Positions 50,441 through 61,516 of a stretch of DNA of 64,000 nt are shown one piece after another. The stretch covers positions 163,060,001 through 163,124,000 of the forward strand of contig NW_027362762.1 of NCBI RefSeq assembly GCF_046119375.1, given 5' to 3'. The notes under the pieces were generated by a model that did no database searches, was not told the DNA's origin, and was given only the letters and a program-made list of their open reading frames with translations. The position numbers were made by a program, and so were the translations under genes. Position 1 is the stretch's first letter. Each line of letters begins with the position of its first letter. The DNA comes from Phyllobates terribilis. Taxonomy: Eukaryota.

Positions 50441-51198
50441 CATAGAAATGTATAGTTGAAGGGACCTCCGGGGTCATCTGGTCCAACCCCATGCTCAATA
50501 TAGGATTCAATAAACTATCTCAGACAGATGTCTGTCCAACCTCTGTTTGAAGACTTCCATTGAAGGACAAGTGGCAGCTTGTTCTACTCATTGATCACCC
50601 TCACTGTCAGAAAGTTTTTTCTAATATCTAATCTGTATCTTCTCCCTTTCAGTTTCATCCCATTGCTTCTGGTCTTTCTTTGTGCAAATGATAGTAAGGA
50701 TGATCCCTCTACAGTGTGACAGCCCTTCAGATATTTGTAGACAGCTATTAAGTCTCCTTTCAGTCTTCTCTTTTGCAAGCTAAACATTCCCAAATCCTCT
50801 AACCGTTCCTCGTAGGACATAGTTTGCAGTCCGCTCACCATCCTGGTTGCTCTTCTTTGAACTTGCTCCAGTTTCTTCATGTCTTTTTTAAGATGTGGTG
50901 CCCAGAACTGGACACAGTATTCCAGATGAGGTCTGACCAAAGAGGAGAGGGGGATAATTACTTCACGTGATCTAGACTGTATGCTTCTGTTAATGCAACC
51001 CAGAACTGTTTGCCTTTTTTGCTGCTGCATCACACTGTTGACTCATGTGCAGTCTATGATCTATTAGTATACCCAAGTCTTTTTCACATGGGCTGTTGCT
51101 TAGCTCTATTCCTCCCATTCTTTAAATGCTTTATTCATTTTTCTTGCCCAGATGTAGGACTTTGCATTTATCTCTGTTAAAAAAACATTCTGTTAGTT
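50441..51198 (-). mobile_element. 5'-truncated CR1 LINE (ORF2 C-terminus and 3' end), antisense in intron 9
   Basis: ORF 50584-51033 LVRPHLEYCVQFWAPHLKKD..KLEQVQRRATRM...LGMFSLQKRRLKGDLIAVYKYLKG...FLTVRVINE; CR1-type 3' end catagaa..gttgaagggacctcc. Confidence 0.93.
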
Positions 51199-51474
51199 TC
51201 ACACTTGATCTAACTGAGCTTCATGTGTATGAGGAATTTGGGAAGAATAGTGTTCAGCTGACAACTATCAAAGGTGTAGGACACCCTAAGATTGTTTGTA
51301 ATGGGATATTGGTCTTAACTGAGCCTTTGCCTGGAAACTTACTTTTGAAAACTTATTTTTTTTTCTCTTCTAAACTATTGATTTGTATAACTAGATGCTT
51401 AGCTTGCAGTATTTAATCCAGTTAATAATTGATTGACTGTTCTGCCAATCTTCTCATAAATTGCCTTCTTTCAG

Positions 51475-51585
51475 GTGGCCCTGGTCTATCCCAATAATGA
51501 TCCAGTCATGTTTATGGTTGCTTTTTACGGCTGTCTCCTGGCAGAAGTCATTCCAGTGCCGATTGAGGTACCTCTTACTAGAAAG
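51475..51585 (+). CDS. DIP2B: DIP2B coding exon 10 (111 nt, phase 0-0): VALVYPNNDPVMFMVAFYGCLLAEVIPVPIEVPLTRK
   Basis: ttgccttctttcag|GTG GCC ... AGA AAG|gtaaca. Confidence 0.97.
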
Positions 51586-52416
51586 GTAACAATAAAATTT
51601 AGAGTAATGTCGGACACATTCTCAGGCCTTCAATCTCCGGTACCTACTCCAGTTGCAGACTTCTCTTGGCCCTTTGACGTTTGCTAGTAATTGTACCTAA
51701 AAATGTATTTCCAGCAAACGAGAGAGTGACGTAGGGTGAAAGCAAAGCTATTCATAATTTATGTTCCTGACTTTTTTCTTGAATAATTGAATATATAATG
51801 TAGTCTGGGCCATTTTATTATAGCAAGGGCTAATTGCAGCAAAAGCATTTTTTGGAAATGTACACGGTCATCGCAACTGAACAGTATCATATATCATACG
51901 CTGTTACTGATGTGCTGGCACCCCAAGAGTCTGAGATCCAGTCAGAGAGTGCAGTTATATCTATAGCATTCAAGGGAAAACTTTTTATTCACTTCTTTTT
52001 ATAATAGCTTTTGACAAATATTAAGTGGAAACAATATGAAAAAGATGCAAAATGCAGTGTTGTGCGTAATAATCAGAAATACAGAAGCATACAGAAAGAC
52101 TCAAAAAGAACAAAAAAAATGCAATTTACCATTCTGCTACAACTGGCAATCTATCCAGCATCCCAAAAACTATTTAGACTTTCCCTAGTAAAAAAAAAAA
52201 ACTTCCTTCTTTTAAATTAAAGTTAGTATGTCAGCAAAAAATGACTGTACAATGTAAGTGCAGGCAATCTGTTAATGCAGCAGTTCGTGCACCTTTGCAT
52301 GATACCATGTCCAAGGACAAATCTAGGTTCGAAACTCAACACTTTTTGCCTTTATGTAGTATTTTTAATGTACCTGAAACCTTTTAAGATGTACTAATAA
52401 ATTGGGGGAATCTTAA

Positions 52417-52855
52417 AGGGAATCAGTCAGCAGATTTTTGCTATTTAAACTGAGAGCAGCATAATATAGGGCAAGTGAGCCTGATTCCAAGGATGTTTCA
52501 CTTACTGGGCTGTGTGCTGTAGTTTCAATACAATCACTGTTTAATCAGCAGGAGATGATCATTGCCTGACTAGGTCTCATGTGTACCGCAGTCCAGCTAA
52601 TCTGTATAACCCCGTCCCCACCACTTATTGGCAGCTCGCTGGTAATGTACACAGGACGCTGCCGATCAGGGGTGTGTGCAGGGTTATACCCAGTTTAGCA
52701 TTCTGACCTCTGCTACATGTACAACAGATAAAATGGGGATTTTATCAAAACTGAACCAAGCAGTCCAGTAAGTGACACATCGTTGGAATCCGTCTCTCCT
52801 GCCCTATATTCTGGTGCTCTTGGATTACATAGCAAAACCTGCTGACAGATTCCCT
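52417..52855 (+). mobile_element. T2/Kolobok-type MITE, TTAA TSD (intron 10)
   Basis: ttaa|agggaatcagtcagcagatttttgcta ... tagcaaaacctgctgacagattccct|ttaa. Confidence 0.85.
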
Positions 52856-53662
52856 TTAATCCAAGCAGGGGCTTTTCCTTTCCGTGTTGAGGATCTTTAG
52901 AGCCAATCTACGCGAGCTGAACTTTGGACTTTGTGTTCACCTTCCCACCTCCTCTACCTTGAGTGATTGTTCTGGATTTACAGGAGACAAAGGAAGGTGG
53001 AAAGGTGCACTGATCTGCTCTGCTGTGCCAAGGGTGCACTGAGCTTCTGGGCTTGGTTTGAACAGTCCTTTTGTGCTGACACACTTCCTTTAAGTCATTC
53101 ACAAAGTTAACATATATATAAACCCCATGAGTAGGGTTTCCACAGTCTCATGGGAAGGGAATATGGATGCGAAGGGCACCATGTGTTATCATAAGTTATT
53201 TTATGATCATACATAATGCTATAGTTAGAACAAATCCTTGGTGACAAGGTGTCTTGCATCAATGAGGTATAACCATCCCAAGGGCAAAAAAAAAAGAGGA
53301 GGATAATATCAAAGCGTAATTGGTTACTAAGAGTTTATAGTTTGCACAAATTGTGAAAGTTTGCTAAAATCCCATTAAAATTCATAGTTGTAGTCTGAGG
53401 CTCCTTTGATTTGAAGGTCAATTTAAACACATGTTCATAGATCCCCTCTGATACAAACTTCTGACTTGTCTCAATAGCCGGCGGTACGAAGCCATTGGAC
53501 GCAATCATACAGATATCTTAGCAAGATATTGTACTAAAATTTATAGTCAGTTTCCATGAGCATCCATTTTTGTTCCACGATGACTGGCTAAAATCACAGC
53601 AATATCAATGAGCCTCATCATTGACTTCTTCTGCCCATTTGACTTCTCTCCTTCATAAACAG

Positions 53663-53786
53663 GATGCTGGTGGGCATCAGATTGGTTTCCTGCTGGGAAG
53701 CTGTGGTGTGAAGCTCGCTCTTACCACTGAGGTTTGCCTGAAAGGACTGCCAAAAACGCAGAATGGAGAAATTGTGCAATTCAAGG
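53663..53786 (+). CDS. DIP2B: DIP2B coding exon 11 (124 nt, phase 0-1): DAGGHQIGFLLGSCGVKLALTTEVCLKGLPKTQNGEIVQFK
   Basis: cttcataaacag|GAT GCT ... TTC AAG G|gtaagc. Confidence 0.97.
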
Positions 53787-54065
53787 GTAAGCCACTCGAT
53801 TATTTTCCTGCCTAGAATATATTTTTTCCAGTATTTTGTTTTGATATTTTCACTTGGAATTCACAGAGCGGTGAAATTAATAAAATGTAAAAATGATATA
53901 TATTTTATAATTACATTCTTTAGTCGCACTGTCACTGTGGAAAAAGCATCTTTTTTCCAGCTGTTTTTGTGAAGTAGTGTCTGCGGTTTTATTGTCTGCC
54001 ATTTAAATTGTGTTTTTAATTAGTCTATTTCTGGGTGTTATTTGTGACAGACACACATTAATTTC

Positions 54066-55478
54066 TGTGAGAGACAGAATCTAAAAATAAAAAAAACAGA
54101 AAGTCACATTGTATGATGTTTTAACGATTAAATTGTATTTTATTGCATGAAATAAGTATTTAATCACCTACCAACAAGGAAGAGTTGTGGCTCTCACAGA
54201 CCTGTTAGTTTTTCTTTAAGAAGCCCTCCTACTCTGCACTGTATTAATTACACCTTTTTGAACTCGTTACCTGTATAAAAGACACCTGTCCACACAATCA
54301 ATCACACTCCAACCTCTTCACCATGGCCAAGACCAAAGAGCTGTCTAAGGACACCAGGGACAAAATTGTGGACCTTCAAAAGGCTGGGATAAGCTAAAGG
54401 ACAATATGCAGGCAGCTTAGTGAGAAGGCAACAACTGTTAGCTCAATTATTAGAAAATGGAAGAAACAATGATTGCCAACATTCCTCAGTCTGGGACTCC
54501 ATGCAAGATCTCACCTCGTGGGTAAGGATGATCCTGAGAAAGGTCAGGAATCAGCCCAGAAGTACACGGGAGGACCTAGTCAATGATCTGAAGAGAGCTG
54601 AGACCACAGTCTCAAACATTACCAGTAGTAACACACTATGCTATCATGGATTAAAATCCTGCAGGGCACGCAAAGGTCCCCCTGCTCACGCCAGCACGTG
54701 TACAGGCCCGTTTGAAGTTCTCCAGGTACCATCTGGATGATCCAGAGGAGGGATGGGAGAAGGTCATGTGGTCAGATGAGACAAAAATAGAACTTTATGG
54801 TATCAACTCCACTCGCCGTATATGGAGAGGAAGAAGGATGAGTACAACCCCAAGAACACCGTCCCAACCGTGAAGCATGTTGGGGGAAACATTATACCTT
54901 GGGGTGCTTTTCTGCAAAGGGGACAGGACAACTGCACTGTATTGAAGGGATCATGGATGGGGTCATGTATCGCGAGATTTTGGCCAACAACCTCCTTTTA
55001 TCAGTAAGAGCATTGAAGATGGGTCGTTACTAGGTCTTCCATCATGACAATGACCCGAAACACACAGCCAGGGCAACTAAGGAGTGGCTACGTAAGAAGC
55101 ATTTCAAGGTCCTGGACTGGCCTAGCCAGTCTCCAGACCCGAACCCAATAAAAAATCCTTGGAGGGAGCTGAAACTCAATGTTGCCGAGTGATAGCCCCG
55201 AAACAGGAAAGATCTGGAGAAGATCTGTATGGAGGAGTGGGCCAAAATCCCTACTGCAGTGTGCGCTAACTTGGTCAAGAACTACAGGAAACATCTGACT
55301 TCTGTAATTGCAAACAAAGGTTTCTGTACCAAATATTAACTTCTGTTTTTCTATTGTATCAAATACTTATTTCATGTAATAAAATACAAATTAATCATTT
55401 AAAAATCATACAATGTGATTTTCTGGTTATTATTTTTAGGTTCTGTCTCTCACAGGTAAAGTGTACCTACAATAAAAA
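54066..55478 (+). mobile_element. Tc1 element with transposase pseudogene (54323-55339); outer parts of both TIRs missing
   Basis: [18 protein letters not shown]...[17 protein letters not shown]...[12 protein letters not shown]...DNDPKH...WPSQSPD...NKGFCTKY* with stops and frameshifts; ~100-bp inverted repeats at 54066-54165 and 55355-55453. Confidence 0.9.
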
Positions 55479-55616
55479 GTATTTTTTCAATGTACTTGTT
55501 AGTTTTTTTTTCTCAAAACTACCCAACGGAACATTACCTGAAAATAGTTCCGGGGGCTTATATTAACCTCTAAATTCCAAACACCAGGGGCTCACAATTT
55601 ATGCATTTTTCTATAG

Positions 55617-55726
55617 GGTGGCCAAAGCTGAAGTGGGTTGTGACTGATTCCAGGTATCTGACCAAGGCACCAAAGGACTGGCAACCACACATCACAGTTG
55701 CGGGCATAGAACCTGCTTACATTGAG
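55617..55726 (+). CDS. DIP2B: DIP2B coding exon 12 (110 nt, phase 1-0): GWPKLKWVVTDSRYLTKAPKDWQPHITVAGIEPAYIE
   Basis: catttttctatag|GG TGG ... ATT GAG|gtaacc; too short for the ORF track, found by reading. Confidence 0.96.
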
Positions 55727-56676
55727 GTAACCAGGCTGGTAAAATCTGTCATGTTGTACATGTAGTCCGATCTGTGAACACGGTATAGAGAAGGAGAAGC
55801 TGTGCAGAATGATATATAGGTTTGCAGATTAAGATATTGTATTTTATTTATTGAGATCCCTGGTGTTTTGTGTACATACGAGTCCAGTGGGCGGTCCTAC
55901 TAATGATTGACTGCTGTATCAATCATGGACTATCAATCACTGATAGGTCCGCCCACTGGACTCGTATGCATACAAACACCATGGATTTCAAAGAAGAGAA
56001 TCCAAGGTTTGCTGAACGTTTTCCCACAAAAATGTCTATCAATCTGGTCAGATTCTCCTGCTCTCTAACATCCGGCCTGCAGGTCAAATACCATTTTCAA
56101 CAAAACAGGTTCCCTTTAAATGTAATTGTTTATGACTTTTTTTTATACTTGTTGATTTGTATAAAAGAAAAAAAAAATTGGACTCCCCAATAATACCTTC
56201 TACCCTGAAATACTACATTAAAATGCCAAATTACTTGCACTTTTCTCCTCCATCTTACATGGGGAATTGAGAGCTGCAGGTAGCACATAGGGCGGTAGAG
56301 TTACTGAGGCAACCATATAACACCTAAAGGGCACCCATTTGATTTTGGGATTGACTATCTAATGTGTATGCGGGCCTCCTAACCATCTTTCATCAGGTAA
56401 CATTGGGGAGTATAAAGATCGGACAGCTGGAATTAAGTCGCCCGATCCTTTTGTTTGACAGTGAGATAAGCCGCTGCCAGATAATTATGGCATCTGCTTC
56501 TCCTTAGAAAACGTAGGAATCCGTTGTACAGCCCAGAATGCTAAATGCCTGTCTCTATGCCTGATCTACTATTGGCCATGAGATGGCTAGTCCTTTTTAT
56601 GTGAATTTAGTTGTACGTTAGAATTTTCTTAACATTAATTAAACAAAAAAGATTTAAAAAAATGTTAATGCCTTAA

Positions 56677-57054
56677 AGGGAATCTGTCAGCAGATTTTTG
56701 CTACTCCATCTGAGAGCAGCATGATGTAAGCAAAGAGAAGCTGAATCCAACGATGTATCACTTAGTTACAGAGTTTTTATATGTAGCAGAGCTGTGAAAG
56801 CTAAACCCACCCACACCAGACTCTCTATGTAAGTAGTCTATTGACAGTGAGCTGCTTATCACAGGAAGGGGCGGAGTTATACTAGCAAGCACATGCCAAC
56901 TAGTCTAAGCAATTACAACTTCCTAGTAATAAAACCTTCGCTATAAGTAAACAGCACACAGCCTAATAAGTGACACATCGCTGAATTCAGTGTTTTAACC
57001 CCTACCTCATGCTGTACTCGGATTACATAGCAAAAACCTGCTGACAGATTTCCT
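56677..57054 (+). mobile_element. T2/Kolobok-type MITE, TTAA TSD (intron 12; same family as 52417)
   Basis: ttaa|agggaatctgtcagcagatttttgcta ... tagcaaaaacctgctgacagatttcct|ttaa. Confidence 0.85.
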
Positions 57055-57835
57055 TTAAGAAATATAAGCTAGGCTAGAATTAGACATCCCTGATTAATTA
57101 CCACTTGCTGCTTATTAGAGGGATGAGCTGGTAAAGTTACTTCTCACCCATTGGCTTCTACAACGTCACTGCTTGTCTGCAAAGTGTTCTCCAAAAAACC
57201 ATCCGTCTCATTTACAGCGGTCATTGATAAAGGGAAAATCATTTCTATGGTTATGGACCGAAACCTCAGCAAATATTTGGCAATTATATCTGTCTCTTAT
57301 GAAGCTCTGTGACTTGGCCGGGCTTGTCTTAAGTCCTTGTCAATAGCCAGGATGAATTATCTAATTTTTTCAGCATTATTATAATTTACAATTACTGGAA
57401 GTTCTCTCCTTACCCCTCCTCTAAATTCACTTCTCTTACTTTTCCACCCTTTTAAATCTTTAATAATTGTTTTGTAATATTGTAGAAGTAAGACATTAAT
57501 ATGACTAGATTGTATATTGGCCCAAAATTACAAGTAGACCTTATTTAAGGAAACTGCATGATGCCAGTATGGGAAGAATTATTATATTTGATGCTGATGC
57601 AACTAAAATGGAAAATGAAGACTTATTTTTAAATAGTTATCACAAATAGCCTATTGTTTTGTGTCCACAGCTCCTATGTAAACCTATGTGTCTCCAAGGT
57701 AAAAGACCACAATCTTGCAGTTTTACTGCTTTACATCAGTAACCTAATATTTGCTAATTGGGGAGCAAGGTGATTTGTAATGTGCACAGAGTTATATTTT
57801 CTCCCATACTCCAAAGACATACTGATTGGGAATAT

Positions 57836-57923
57836 AGATTGTGAGCCCGAATGGGGACAGTGGTGATAATGTCTTTAAAGCGCTGTGGAATTAATGGCGC
57901 TATATAGGTGAGTAAAATAAATA
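57836..57923 (+). mobile_element. 3' tail of an L2-related SINE/LINE, sense
   Basis: gattgtgagccc...ggggacag...taaagcgctgtggaattaatggcgctatata...taaaataaata. Confidence 0.55.
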
Positions 57924-58154
57924 GTAGGAGGGAGAGGAGAGATGGATGGCAATGGGACTGCAATATCAGACTACAAACAGTTTGTCTGTAGTCTGTTACC
58001 ATAGATACATATAGGCCTACTTAGGAGCTGTAGTCCGATAACGGTATGAGATTCTACATTAAGGTTGTACTAGAACAATAATAAAATCGCCTTCACAATC
58101 CTGTTATTATTTACAGGAGTCCAGGATTAGACAGATAACAATGTTCATAGATGG

Positions 58155-58462
58155 GTTGTGCAGTGTGCCCATCTTGTGTATTATACGTTGTGCAGTGTGC
58201 CCATCTTGTGTATTATACGTAAGTTGTGCAGTGTGCCCATCTTGTGTATTATACGTAAGTTGTGCAGTGTGCCCATCTTGTGTATTATAAGTTGTGCAGT
58301 GTGCCCATCTTGTGTATTATACATAAGTTGTGCAGTGTGCCCATCTTGTGTATTATACGTAAGTTGTGCAGTGTGCCCATCTTGTGTATTATACGTAAGT
58401 TGTGCAGTGTGCCCATCTTGTGTATTATACGTAAGTTGTGCAGTGTGCCCATCTTGTGTATT
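58155..58462. repeat. 36-bp minisatellite (about 8.8 copies) ending 26 nt before exon 13
   Basis: Unit GTTGTGCAGTGTGCCCATCTTGTGTATTATACGTAA; units start at 58155 (32 bp), 58187, 58223, 58259 (32 bp), 58291, 58327, 58363, 58399, 58435 (partial). Confidence 0.96.
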
Positions 58463-58488
58463 AATAATCGCCTCCATTTGTTTTGCAG

Positions 58489-58591
58489 TATAAAACCAGT
58501 AAAGAAGGCAGCGTGATGGGGGTTGCAGTCTCGCGAATAGCCATGCTTTCTCATTGCCAGGCTCTCTCTCAGTCTTGTAATTACACAGAAG
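58489..58591 (+). CDS. DIP2B: DIP2B coding exon 13 (103 nt, phase 0-1): YKTSKEGSVMGVAVSRIAMLSHCQALSQSCNYTE
   Basis: catttgttttgcag|TAT AAA ... ACA GAA G|gtgggt. Confidence 0.96.
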
Positions 58592-58768
58592 GTGGGTGAA
58601 ATCCAAATGGTGTTGGTGAACTGCTCATTTGTAATATTTTGGCTGCGGTCATCTTTAGATAGGTGAAAAATGTCATTTCTGGATAAACCCTCTAATATGA
58701 TATTTAGAAGAACAGGAACATGATTAAACAGTATGGCCATTCATGTAAAACTGTGTTTTTTTGTGTAG

Positions 58769-58833
58769 GTGAAACCATGATAAATGTCCTCGATTTTAAG
58801 AGGGATGCTGGTCTCTGGCATGGCATACTAACG
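58769..58833 (+). CDS. DIP2B: DIP2B coding exon 14 (65 nt, phase 1-0): GETMINVLDFKRDAGLWHGILT
   Basis: gtttttttgtgtag|GT GAA ... CTA ACG|gtgaga. Confidence 0.95.
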
Positions 58834-59213
58834 GTGAGACTCTCATTTTGTACCCTTGGATAATGTGGCTTGATAATACCTTGCATACAGCAGTGGGTCA
58901 GGCTTGAGTAGAGGCTCATACACCGCTATAGGATTTGTAATCTGGATGTGTGCATGCGCCCTTAAGGTGTTGTGAATATTTTCGGAAGTCCTGTTGTAAT
59001 GGTAGATACTTCTATTCTCTGATATTGTCTGATTAGTCACTGCAGGGAAATCCCAAGCATGATGCCCATTTTGTGCAGTATCAGGGTTATTCCTTTTCAT
59101 TGGCAAGAGCTGTGTGTGAACTGGCGTATGTCCCAAGCACGTCATCTATATAAAAAAAAAACAAGTTAACTAAGTTTATAAATGTTATCATATTTTCTAT
59201 CATTTTCCTTTAG

Positions 59214-59307
59214 AATGTAGTGAATAAAATGCATACAATCAGTGTTCCGTATGCGGTGATGAAAGCGTGTCCTTTATCTTGGGTCCAAAGAGTCCATGCA
59301 AATAAAG
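59214..59307 (+). CDS. DIP2B: DIP2B coding exon 15 (94 nt, phase 0-1): NVVNKMHTISVPYAVMKACPLSWVQRVHANK
   Basis: cattttcctttag|AAT GTA ... AAT AAA G|gtaatg. Confidence 0.96.
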
Positions 59308-59581
59308 GTAATGTACTACATGGTGATAAGTGCACAGGTTCAGAAGAATAAACTTTCCTTCATAATCTTACTGTTAAGTGTTGTATTATCTGCATAAAGG
59401 GTCCGCTCTATTAAGCATTCACATACACTAATTACATGTACGGAAATGTTTATGGAGCTGCTTTAAGCTGGAGATACTTGCAGTAAAGCATTGATCATAG
59501 AGGCGGATAACTTTGAACAATACTCTGCATTCATCTATATAAGTGATTATCAACTGCATAATGTTTGCATAGATACATTAA

Positions 59582-59942
59582 AAGAGTATTCCCATCTCCA
59601 AGATCCTATCAAAATATGTAGTAGATGTAATAATAATAATATTAGAAAATACTTGCATTTAGAAATGTAGTCTAGTTCTTCTGATTTGCTGTGTCTCTTT
59701 CCTCATGTGCAGGCATTGCAGGACCTTAGGTATCCCTGGTTACGACCACTGATAGAGTGACAGTTAGCTAGTTGCTAGTGGCCGTAACCATGGATACCTA
59801 AGGTACTGCAATTCCTGCACATGAGGAAAGAGACATAGCGAATCAGAAGAACTATACTACATTTCTAATTGGATGTATTTGCTAATATTATTATTACACC
59901 TATTACATATTGTGATAGGATCTTGGGGATGGGAATACCCCT
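59582..59942. mobile_element. T2-type fold-back MITE (361 bp), TTAA TSD
   Basis: ttaa|aagagtattcccatc ... gatgggaatacccct|ttaa; arms 59582-59750 and 59777-59942 are complementary. Confidence 0.85.
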
Positions 59943-60810
59943 TTAACCCTTGTTGTTAAGGCTGCATTTACACTGCCCAGCTGCTGACTATCTACTTGCA
60001 AGCCAATTGGTGGTTGTTTTATAGACTGTTCTGAAAGGCTGCCTGCACACAGAGCCATCGTTAATATGATCGATCTTTGTGCATGGGAATATCATTCTTC
60101 TCTGCAGCACATGCCGTGTTTACAGAGGACGATGTGCTGCCGAGAGCAATGATTTTTATGCAAGCTTAAAAATAATTTCACCCGATGAATTAGCATTTTG
60201 CTCATTCGTCTGATAATTGTCCATTTAGAGAGACTGATAATCGGGAGCGAGCTTTCCCAAACGCTCTTTTCCCAATTATTGGCCTGTTTAAATGGGCCGT
60301 AATTGACTCAAAGAATATAAAATGGCAGTGTAATATGCTGTAACTGCACAGGTATTGGGGTATATATATTTTTATTGCAATAAGATTCAGGTGCTTCATG
60401 CTGCAGTGAATGTATAACCTCTTTCACATATTTAAATGATGATCGGCCTAAACAACATATTCAAAATTCTCACTTAAAATGGGTTGTCCAGGATCAACCA
60501 AAAAATGGCCAAGGGAGTCATCCGCTACGTCAGCCGCCGCTGTGGTGTTCCCTGCCGGTCTTTGGTTACTTGTTGCAGCAATGCCACGGGGATCTCGTTT
60601 GTCAAAGTCACATCATTGTGGTAAAAAGTAAACCGAGACTGGCAGGGAACACAAGAGTGTTGCTTCCTCTTATGGCTTTTTCCTCCTTTGCCCACTTTAT
60701 TGTTGGTCTTGGATACCTTCTTTATTGGAGTAATCTCTTCTGTGTCCAATATCAGTGATACATGGTTTTATAGACCAGCGACATAAGCGATCTTTATAGC
60801 ATAAGATTAT

Positions 60811-61516
60811 GGATACATGCACGTTAGGTATTTGCTGCATTTTTGTTGCATTTTTTCCCCTCACAATTTTGTCACAAAAACTAAAGGATTTCCCAAAAAC
60901 AGCAGAGTTGATGAGATTCCTAACATCTCATGCACACATTGCTTATTTTTTCTTTGCATATTTGAAGCAGTTTAATATCTGCAGCATGTCAATTCTTTCA
61001 GCATTTTTGTAGTGTTTTTCACCTATTCTAATGACTAACGCAAAAAAACCACATCAAAAGCAGATGTTTTATGCAGCGTTTTCCTGCCAACACTTTAGTA
61101 TTTGCAGCGGAAACATCTGCAGCAAATACTTATTGTGTGCACATATCCTTAGGGTGCTTTCACTTTGCGCTCTTCCCCACACTCAGTGGTCCCGTCTGGG
61201 CTTATGTCTGAACCCCCCCGCAAAAGGCAATTCGGACATATGTGCCGACAGTGCCTTTGACTATAATGGTGCGTCAACGTGCGCTCTGTCGTACATCATT
61301 TTCGGGCGTATACGTCTACTGGAGGCGGACATTCAGGGATAGTCTACTACTACTGGGTGTCTGCATCCAATAGGGCTATGCACCCGAAAATGATGCACAA
61401 CAGAGCACACATTGACTCTTTATAGTCAATGGCCCCATCGGCGCATACATACAAATCCCATTTTGCGGGGGTAGGAAACCACTGAGTGTGGAGAAGAACG
61501 CAATGTGAGAGGGCCA
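60811..61516. mobile_element. Two Harbinger-type MITEs in tandem (60811-61148 and 61152-61516) joined by one TTA
   Basis: ggatacatgcac ... gtgcacatatcc|tta|gggtgctttcac ... gtgagagggcca|tta; the second element is palindromic. Confidence 0.6.

Noticed and set aside
58155-58462. 36-bp array resembling a CRISPR repeat in size
   Set aside because: Head-to-tail units with no unique spacers, no cas genes, and a vertebrate intron context.
59223-59353. Clustered AATAAA hexamers in and just after exon 15 as a premature polyadenylation site
   Set aside because: Two are within Asn-Lys codons of conserved coding sequence; the hexamer is common in AT-rich DNA and no clear downstream GU-rich element is present.
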